A DNA stretch of 64,000 nt from a virus: the IMG/VR virus record IMGVR_UViG_3300049893_000899, positions 31,356 to 95,355 of that record; one strand, given 5' to 3'. This document shows positions 56,916 to 64,000 of the stretch, piece after piece. The translations under genes and the position numbers were made by a program. Under the pieces are notes generated by a model that searched no databases, was not told the origin of the DNA, and saw nothing but the letters and a program-made list of their open reading frames with translations. How positions within the stretch are numbered: the first letter of the stretch is position 1; every line of letters begins with the position of its first letter.

Positions 56916-57989
56916 CTATGACATCCAAGAATCTAGTGCTGACAAACTTCCTTCTGTATCATCTACTCTTGGAGACCTTGAAGAAGGTTTTCTTGAGTTA
57001 GAGTCAGTATAGTTGTCAACTTTCTTCTTAAACTTTACTACTTCTTTTGTTTGTGCAACTTTAACCAATTTATCTAAAGTTATCTTATTCTTCTTGATGT
57101 AAGCGTATAGAAGATCTGAATCTCCATCTTCATCAATCATTACTTGAGTCTTACCGTCCTTAACAGGCTTCAAGATATAATCTGCTAATGATTCTCTCTC
57201 TTCTTTAGAAAGCTCCATTCCAGCAATCTTGTTCTTTGTTAAGATTCTATTTCTATACTCAAGGTTTTCTTTCTCAAACTGTTCTCTTCTAGCTCTCTCT
57301 TGATTCTCTAAGTTAGATCTTCTCTCAGCTTCTTTTCTTTCTTGAAGTGAAATCATATTCTTTTGAGAAATCTCTGCTTGTATCTTCTTAATGCCAGCAG
57401 CTTCGTAAGCTTTAACAGTTTCAGCTATCTTTTCAGAAGATAAACCCTTAGACTTCAAGTCGTCTTCAATAACATAAGACTGATGCGCATCGTTATCAAT
57501 ATCAATAGTATTATAGTCTACTGTATTGAACACGTCAATCAATCCATCTATTGTAGCGTTATCTTTGTTAGATAGGATATATTTAAATGCTTTAACAATA
57601 TCTTGGTCAACATTATCATTGCCTTCAAATAGAGAATTAATTCTCTGATTAACTGTATCGTTAATCATTTCATTGAAGCCTTCTTCAGAGTCTTCATACT
57701 CTTTAGATTCATCATAATGTAAAACACCTTTCTCAACTAACGCAGACATTGTCTGTCCGAATGTAGATACCGATTCAGGCTCTTCCTCTTTCGGTGTTTC
57801 TTGTCCTTCTTCTGGAGTTTCATCCTCTTTAGGCTGAACTTCCTCTTCAGGCTCTTCTTGTTCTTCTTCTGCTATAACAGTATCTCCAGCGAAATCTCCA
57901 CTAAGATCTGTTACTCCAGAGTTATCTTCAGCTAGTTCCTCTCCCGAAACTAAATCAGATAAGAAATTAAAATCGTCTCCTCCTGTCAT
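56916..57989 (-). CDS. Putative scaffolding protein
   Basis: Very acidic N-terminus and coiled coil, immediately upstream of the MCP. Confidence 0.65.
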   Translation of the reverse strand: MTGGDDFNFLSDLVSGEELAEDNSGVTDLSGDFAGDTVIAEEEQEEPEEEVQPKEDETPEEGQETPKEEEPESVSTFGQTMSALVEKGVLHYDESKEYEDSEEGFNEMINDTVNQRINSLFEGNDNVDQDIVKAFKYILSNKDNATIDGLIDVFNTVDYNTIDIDNDAHQSYVIEDDLKSKGLSSEKIAETVKAYEAAGIKKIQAEISQKNMISLQERKEAERRSNLENQERARREQFEKENLEYRNRILTKNKIAGMELSKEERESLADYILKPVKDGKTQVMIDEDGDSDLLYAYIKKNKITLDKLVKVAQTKEVVKFKKKVDNYTDSNSRKPSSRSPRVDDTEGSLSALDSWMS

Positions 57990-58025
57990 ATCAATTGTAA
58001 ATTACGTTTTAATGTTAATTCAATA

Positions 58026-58065
58026 CAAAAGTTGCTGTCATTTTTTTCATGACGGTCAACTTTTG
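58026..58065. promoter_or_regulatory. Intergenic hairpin upstream of the scaffold/MCP genes
   Basis: CAAAAGTTG-CTGTCAT-N7-ATGACGG-T-CAACTTTTG. Confidence 0.5.
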
Positions 58066-58078
58066 ATGCTGTTTTGGG

Positions 58079-59020
58079 TTATCTTCTTTTTGTGCTATAA
58101 TTCAATTTTTTATAAAACCCACCGTCTCCAGGTTTAAGTTTTTTTCTTTCAGCAAACATCCCTGTTTCTTTAGTAACGTTATTTTCCATATCATTAGAGT
58201 CTGTTGCTTTTTTTTGATTATGATCTATTAATCCATTTTCAGAATACAACCTTGCCATTCTTTTGCTTTTAAATGGAATAAATTCTTTGTTGTCTATTGC
58301 ATATTTAACTGGATCTTGCCCTGATTCTGGTAGATTAGTTAATTTATCTTCCCCTGGTTTTTGAACTACAGTAGGAAAGGCTAAAGTACTTTTATTAACC
58401 CCAGCAGTACCCATTAAATGAGTTTGTTTCTGTCCTGGATTATTTGGATCTTCTATATATGGAGTTTCATTTCCTTTATTGTAATCATCTACTCTTTGAA
58501 TAAAGTTCATGTTTTTGTTCTCTTCATTTATCCTTTTAAAAAATTTACTATTAGGATTGTCGTTTCTTGAAAACATTTCATTAAACTTCCTCTGATAATT
58601 CCCATATTTATCTTTACCATCTCCATCAGTAAACTCATTAAAAGACTCTTTTGCTTTAGTTAGAAATCCTTTCTTCAATTCAGATCCAGGCTCTACAGTT
58701 GTATTATCAACTTCAGGTTTAGCTTCAACAGCATTAGGGTCAACGATAGGAGTTGGAGGCCCGGCTGTCTTCTTGCTCTCTGGAGTAGCTGTTTCAACTT
58801 CTTTCTTTGCTGTTGTTTTATCAGTCTTTGGAGCTTTAGCAATAGAATCATATATAGCAGCAGCACTAGAAGCTACTTGTGATACCTTAGCCAAATTATG
58901 AGCAACCTTGTCCTCAATTTTTGGACCCTGAACAATGGTAGCAGTTGAGCCTTGATGCCAATCAGGCTCAAAGCTCATACCGTACTCCATCTTTCTTTTA
59001 TTCTTATTAAACTTTATCAT
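58079..59020 (-). CDS. Hypothetical protein
   Basis: 313-aa ORF between portal and scaffold. Confidence 0.65.
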   Translation of the reverse strand: MIKFNKNKRKMEYGMSFEPDWHQGSTATIVQGPKIEDKVAHNLAKVSQVASSAAAIYDSIAKAPKTDKTTAKKEVETATPESKKTAGPPTPIVDPNAVEAKPEVDNTTVEPGSELKKGFLTKAKESFNEFTDGDGKDKYGNYQRKFNEMFSRNDNPNSKFFKRINEENKNMNFIQRVDDYNKGNETPYIEDPNNPGQKQTHLMGTAGVNKSTLAFPTVVQKPGEDKLTNLPESGQDPVKYAIDNKEFIPFKSKRMARLYSENGLIDHNQKKATDSNDMENNVTKETGMFAERKKLKPGDGGFYKKLNYSTKRR

Positions 59021-59023
59021 AGT

Positions 59024-61474
59024 TTATTTTTTTCTAGCAGCTTCAGCATTAGTCTTGTTCTTAAGAGCAGTCTTAGCTTTAAGCTTCTCTATCTCCATCT
59101 TATTCTCCATCTCCTCTCGCTTAAGCTCTCTATCCTTCTCTTTCTCCTTCTCATTAGAAGTTCTATCCTTCTCTCTCTGTTGAGCTTCACTCGTCTGTCT
59201 TGACTTCTCGATAGCTTTATTACCCCATTCAATAACATCAGGGATATTATTCATATTTCTATCTTTCTCTTCATCAAAACCAGAAGCAACAATAGTAGCT
59301 TTAAGAATATCATTCTCTCTATCAAGTTGATTCTCCATAGCCTCAAACTCTCTAGCCTCTCTCTTATCTTGTAATTGAGCCTGAACAGCTTGATCTCTTG
59401 ATTCTCTTTCAGCTTGAGCTTGTTGAGCTTGACTCTGTTCAAGTCTAACCTCTCCATTCTCAATATATTCAATACCTTCAATAAGAGAAGCAGATCTGTA
59501 TAATTTAGCCAAGTCAGAAAGATTAACCTTACCCTGTTGTAAAGCAGCTTCTGCCAATGCTTCAATGCGCATTTTATTTCTCTTATCTTTAGAGTAGTTA
59601 GAGATAAACACTCCAATATCAGAATCCATTAACATCTCTCCGTCAACAAGTAAAGATTGTACTGTATTGTCTTTCGACATATAAGTGAATCTTTTCCCTC
59701 CAGCAGTAGTAAACTTAGACATCTCAATATAAGCTGTTAATACAGCTTGTTTAATCTCGTCATGTCTAAAGAAGTAATGCTCAGTAATATAGCCTGAATT
59801 AATTAAAGCTGTATTAAGACCAGTAGTAGTTTCATATTGAGAAGTGGAGCCAAGTTGTTGTGGGTTCATTCCGCACACTTGGTCCATCAGGAACTCAATC
59901 TTAGCCATAATACCAATATACTGTTGTACTACGTTAGCTAAAGACAAGTCTATACTCTGGAACTGATTAAACCTAGAAACAGAGTTAGGATCTCCATCTC
60001 TACCTTCTTCCATTGAGTTAATCCAAGCAATACCAAGGTTATCAAAGTAGTACATCCATTGCTTCATGTCTATACCGTTTGATTTAGGTATCTGAGCCAA
60101 GTCAAACACCATCTTCTTACCTTTTGCTTTAGCTATCTCATTTTCAAGTCTTAACCAGATAGTATTATACAACATCTGATACGGAGCAAGTAAATCAACT
60201 ATACTTGTCGCTTCAGAGTTTAAGTTATTATACAATCCACCAATATAAGGAGACCACACCTCTGTAGGGCTGTCAATCTTTCTCATTTGGTTTCTACAAG
60301 GATTAATGTCAACATAGATGTCAGCGCCAATCTTATGTCCCATCCAATATTCTGGCAACCATTGCCACTCTAAAGTAGCCCCAATAGCTTTAAGCTCTTC
60401 TGTTAGCTTGAATGAATCATCTACGTCTTCCGTCATTGGCATCCCAGATTCAGGATCAACATACGAAAGATATCCAATCTTCTTCATTGACTTCCACACA
60501 CAAGTAACAACTCTAATGTTTCCATTGTATCGTTGATTTACATTGTATGTATCTAAATCCTTCATTGTAGCCGCATCATACGCGAATCCAGGGTACATGA
60601 TATTGTTACTCATTGAGTTAACAATCTCCCCATCATCAAGCATCTTCAGTTGAGCTTCAGTAAGGTATAATCCAAATTCATCTATAACTTCCCCTCTTGA
60701 CATGAAGCGTTCCTCTCTCTGCCAATCAGATAAGTGAACCCATTCAGTCTCAGGCCCTTTTTCAAACTCAAAGTTTAATGGGTTTACAACCCTTAAAGAC
60801 GTCCTTCCATTTACCGCCCCAACATAATAAACCTCTTCTGAAGCTATTGCGGCATGGCTGAATCCTTTGTTAAACTTAGCCGGCAATCTATCTGAGTGCA
60901 TTGCATCTTCAACTATCACTGAAGCGTAATGTTCTCTGATGTCTCTAATTGTTCTGCCGGTGTTCATTTGTTTCTTAAGCTCCTTGAAAGAAAGGATTGA
61001 ATCCATCTTTTGCTCAATCTCTGGATCATTTGGATCAAGCTGAAAAATAGCCATTAACTTCTGCTGTGTAGTCATTAACAACTCTTGTGTCTGTTGTTCT
61101 ACCTTAGAGTTAACAACGTGGCCACCAACTCCAACAACATGGTAATCAAACGGTCGCTCTAACTCTTCCCCAACCAATCTATCAACCCTAATCCTTACTA
61201 AGTTATAGTCTCTAAGCTTAGAAGGAGAACCTCCAAACTGTCCGCCAAACTTAAAAGGGTCTGTCACATACTTATAATTCTCCTCATTTATTCTGGAGTT
61301 CATTAAGTCATAGTTAGCCTGTTTGCTTTGCTTAGATGAACGACCATTCCTCTTCAAAGAGAAAGCCATACCATCAACAGCATCAACACATTGCTCTCTC
61401 CATTTGTCAGTCTTCTTTGACAAAGGAAGCATCTGTTGAGGTAAATACCTCTGGATATTAATGTCTGTACTCAT
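59024..61474 (-). CDS. Portal protein
   Basis: 816 aa; LP.Q.LP..KK..KW, L.GEE..RPF, VVNP, S.VD.L.PYQ..YN; follows the terminase. Confidence 0.9.
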   Translation of the reverse strand: MSTDINIQRYLPQQMLPLSKKTDKWREQCVDAVDGMAFSLKRNGRSSKQSKQANYDLMNSRINEENYKYVTDPFKFGGQFGGSPSKLRDYNLVRIRVDRLVGEELERPFDYHVVGVGGHVVNSKVEQQTQELLMTTQQKLMAIFQLDPNDPEIEQKMDSILSFKELKKQMNTGRTIRDIREHYASVIVEDAMHSDRLPAKFNKGFSHAAIASEEVYYVGAVNGRTSLRVVNPLNFEFEKGPETEWVHLSDWQREERFMSRGEVIDEFGLYLTEAQLKMLDDGEIVNSMSNNIMYPGFAYDAATMKDLDTYNVNQRYNGNIRVVTCVWKSMKKIGYLSYVDPESGMPMTEDVDDSFKLTEELKAIGATLEWQWLPEYWMGHKIGADIYVDINPCRNQMRKIDSPTEVWSPYIGGLYNNLNSEATSIVDLLAPYQMLYNTIWLRLENEIAKAKGKKMVFDLAQIPKSNGIDMKQWMYYFDNLGIAWINSMEEGRDGDPNSVSRFNQFQSIDLSLANVVQQYIGIMAKIEFLMDQVCGMNPQQLGSTSQYETTTGLNTALINSGYITEHYFFRHDEIKQAVLTAYIEMSKFTTAGGKRFTYMSKDNTVQSLLVDGEMLMDSDIGVFISNYSKDKRNKMRIEALAEAALQQGKVNLSDLAKLYRSASLIEGIEYIENGEVRLEQSQAQQAQAERESRDQAVQAQLQDKREAREFEAMENQLDRENDILKATIVASGFDEEKDRNMNNIPDVIEWGNKAIEKSRQTSEAQQREKDRTSNEKEKEKDRELKREEMENKMEIEKLKAKTALKNKTNAEAARKK

Positions 61475-63676
61475 TTATTCAAATAGTTTTTCTTCAAGAA
61501 AGAAATCCTTTCTAATCTTTTTACCCGAACCTTCCTCTATCTTTATGTAATGATGTTGGAGTCTATTGCATATAAGTAATAAGAACGCTATTACACGGTC
61601 AAAGTTACCTGTCTTATTATACGATATCAACTCCTTCAACAAACCAGCAGAGAATATCTTGTTTACTCCAAGAACACCAGCTTCATCTTCTTCATTAAGC
61701 CAGTCCCTCGCGTAAATCTCAAGCTCCTCCTTAATCTTGTTTGTCATATGTATGCCGTAATCCCTATCTACATTACTCTTTTCTGTAGCCTTAAGAAATG
61801 TAGGCATTTTTGCTAACAAATGTAACGATTTTTTTTGCTTAAAGTGAAACTTCATTGAATTTTTCTCATTCTCGTACAGATTGGTAGCGTTATAATAAGC
61901 ACACAATCTCCTAACATTCTCATGGTGTTCTTCTGCCCTATCAGGTCTTGCAGTGTATTCAGCAACAATAAACTCCCTCGCGCTGCCGTGTCTAAAGTCG
62001 CCAATCTTATAGATAAAAGTAGATCCTAACGAAACTGAGTTAGGAGCCTTGTCTTGGTCATAGGGGTCTGTCGCTGCAATATACATACCATAAGGAATCT
62101 CTCCAGGTGCCGGGTGTTCCCATATCTGTACTGAACCAGTGGTATCATCTGTAGATTTCATTGGAAACCCACAAGCTCTTTTCTTGTTATGTAAATCCGG
62201 AGACCACTTAACGCCATACGTAGCATTAGGATCCGAAACTAAATCACCTAGTTGTCCATTTACTTGAGGAATATCGCAGTTTTCTACAAACTTCAACTGA
62301 TCAATTAAGTCTGCAATAGGGAATATGTTACCTCCGGATATTAAGAAAGCTTCAGAAGGCACAATAGGGTTGTTTTGTAGTTCATTATTCAACGGTTCTT
62401 TACTTGAACCTGAAGCCAACTTGTCCCTCTTGCTGTCAATATATTTCATTGCCTGTTCCTTCTTAGTGAACAGGTTATTGTCTTTGAAGTCATTCAAGCC
62501 TTTATAGTAAGGCAAGAAGTAACCTATCTTCTTTGCTGAGCCTTCAAAAGCATCAGAAAATCCTAAACAGTCAAACTGCTCAGGGTTATAGAATATCTCT
62601 TTAAGCTGTTCTGTAGCTCCAGAGATCATTTCACCACCGGTACCAAAAACCCATATAACTCCAAATTTAGAAGAGGAGTTCATGGTATTCTCTTTCAAGG
62701 CACCCATGGCATCAATAAGGTTAGACATAAAACCTGCCTCTTCAATAAAGACTAAGTTGTTACGCAAACCGTTACCTGCTGTAGCCTTCTCTTGGAATGT
62801 TCTATGTGATATCATAGAACCACTACCCTTCACCTTACCAGTCTTCAAGTCTTTAACACTTGCCAACATATCCTTACCAGGCATCAATGACCCTGAAGTT
62901 TCATGCTGGAAAGGAGCCATATAGTACATATCCCCCTCTTCAAAAGAACCATATAGGTTATTATACCCATCAAGGAACTTATCAAGCAAACCCTTGCTAT
63001 ACTTAGCATCAAACGCTCCAACAAGAGAAGAACTTCGTAAAGGCTCCCCTGCTTTTTTAGCATCTACATACTGTTCATATCCTTCAGCTCCATCTGTAAT
63101 AAAGTTATGACATAACAAAGCCGCAGCAAAGAAAGACTTACCAGTACCCCTGGCCTCAAGGTCAACAACATTCTTAGCTTCGTTCTTATATAAAGGAATA
63201 CCACTTAGATTGTGGCTATCCCAAAGATAACTCAACGCGTCTACATACTCCTTAAAAGAACCATCTTCTTTAAACACTGTAACATCAAGGAAGTGAAACC
63301 TATAGTCTTCTTTTATAGCTTCAAAGTCTCCATTATACTCTTCGTTAAGTTCTTTTACAAGCCTAACACAGGTCTTTTCTTTATCATCACTGAAGCCAGA
63401 AAAGCCTTTAGCTACAAGATAGATATAGGCTTTCTCCCATTCATTATCTCGTAGCCAAGGCCTTCCTAATATCTCCTGTTTAGAAAACCTATCTTTCTTA
63501 ACCTTAATCTTGAAGTGGTTAACATAGAAGTAAAGAACCCCAGGGCAATAATACCCTCCAGCCCACATACCATCAAAGACTCTTCTCTTCTCGTCCTTCC
63601 AGTATATCTTGTACTCCATACTTTTAGGATGAAAGATTGGAGCCTCGTTGAAAGTATATAAACTAGGATTTCTCAT
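61475..63676 (-). CDS. terL: Terminase large subunit
   Basis: Walker A ARGTGKS, Walker B VFIEEAG, FGTGG, nuclease DPYD and NFDRV. Confidence 0.92.
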   Translation of the reverse strand: MRNPSLYTFNEAPIFHPKSMEYKIYWKDEKRRVFDGMWAGGYYCPGVLYFYVNHFKIKVKKDRFSKQEILGRPWLRDNEWEKAYIYLVAKGFSGFSDDKEKTCVRLVKELNEEYNGDFEAIKEDYRFHFLDVTVFKEDGSFKEYVDALSYLWDSHNLSGIPLYKNEAKNVVDLEARGTGKSFFAAALLCHNFITDGAEGYEQYVDAKKAGEPLRSSSLVGAFDAKYSKGLLDKFLDGYNNLYGSFEEGDMYYMAPFQHETSGSLMPGKDMLASVKDLKTGKVKGSGSMISHRTFQEKATAGNGLRNNLVFIEEAGFMSNLIDAMGALKENTMNSSSKFGVIWVFGTGGEMISGATEQLKEIFYNPEQFDCLGFSDAFEGSAKKIGYFLPYYKGLNDFKDNNLFTKKEQAMKYIDSKRDKLASGSSKEPLNNELQNNPIVPSEAFLISGGNIFPIADLIDQLKFVENCDIPQVNGQLGDLVSDPNATYGVKWSPDLHNKKRACGFPMKSTDDTTGSVQIWEHPAPGEIPYGMYIAATDPYDQDKAPNSVSLGSTFIYKIGDFRHGSAREFIVAEYTARPDRAEEHHENVRRLCAYYNATNLYENEKNSMKFHFKQKKSLHLLAKMPTFLKATEKSNVDRDYGIHMTNKIKEELEIYARDWLNEEDEAGVLGVNKIFSAGLLKELISYNKTGNFDRVIAFLLLICNRLQHHYIKIEEGSGKKIRKDFFLEEKLFE

Positions 63677-64000
63677 TCGCTTCTCTCTCTCTTCTTTCTT
63701 CTAAACTACCATAACTAAGTCTACATAAAGCAGTGAAGTCCATTTTGTCCCTCTCTTCTTCTGATAACTTATAAAACTCAGGTCTAGCGTGCTTAACACG
63801 CCTTCTTAATGTCCACACTCCAAGGCCAGGTAATATTATACTCTTAACCTCTGGATCGTCCATCATCTTAGTTATCAAGTCAAACTGAGCCATAAACACT
63901 AAGTCTATATCCTCCGGCTTTAACTTAGTACCATCAGCACTAACTCCACCAAGTCTCTCAATAACTCTCTTATAAATTTTTAATCTTTGCTGTGTTAACA
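63663..64000 (-). CDS. HU/IHF-like small protein, 5'-truncated by window edge
   Basis: Frame is open from 63899 to the edge (LTQQRLKIYKRVIERLGG...); ILPGLGVWT resembles the HU I.LPGFG.F motif. Confidence 0.5.
   Translation of the reverse strand, partial: LTQQRLKIYKRVIERLGGVSADGTKLKPEDIDLVFMAQFDLITKMMDDPEVKSIILPGLGVWTLRRRVKHARPEFYKLSEEERDKMDFTALCRLSYGSLEERREREANEKS

Noticed and set aside
7950-63454. Numerous 60-155-aa + strand ORFs and alternate-frame ORFs inside the virion genes
   Set aside because: They are antisense or overlapping shadows of long, motif-bearing minus-strand genes, with S/L/F/I-rich composition typical of reverse-complement frames
55428-63676. Introns/inteins in the terminase, portal or capsid genes
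   Set aside because: ORFs are uninterrupted and of expected size; no intein C/S...HN motifs or homing endonuclease seen
1-64000. Stop-codon reassignment (TAG/TGA), known in some crAssviruses
   Set aside because: Genes are full length and densely packed under the standard code; TAG and TGA terminate genes normally (e.g. 4351, 4684, 5243, 56916)
1-64000. tRNA/rRNA genes or an integrase for the cassette system
   Set aside because: No cloverleaf or rRNA-like sequence in the short intergenic gaps, and no ORF with tyrosine-recombinase R-H-R-Y motifs recognised

Overview
AT-rich 64 kb segment of a crAss-like (Crassvirales-type) podophage genome, most likely infecting a Bacteroidota host (A-rich, SD-less translation starts; Hc1-like histone gene). 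It uses the standard genetic code. From about 7.0 kb to the end, the minus strand carries the virion module in crAssvirus-like gene order: HU/IHF-like gene, terminase large subunit, portal, scaffold, major capsid, ring/auxiliary capsid proteins, muzzle, five ejected cargo proteins (including a 3728-aa virion RNA polymerase with a DYDID motif and a zincin domain, and a polyvalent ART/SLOG/nuclease protein), tail fibres, a patatin-containing lysis cluster, GT25 and a tail-collar protein. The first 7 kb (+ strand) is an accessory region of small genes. Two signals stand out. (1) An integron-like gene-cassette system in the accessory region: three attC-like hairpin sites whose loops hold a start codon, genes with complementary GTTA.../...TAAC ends, a conserved attI-like terminal module, and a second family of direct repeats bracketing single genes. 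No integrase is present in the window. (2) Three consecutive giant, Cys-depleted cargo proteins carry Cys at their facing termini, suggesting head-to-tail disulfide chaining. Annotations come from motif recognition and synteny by eye; no database search was run.
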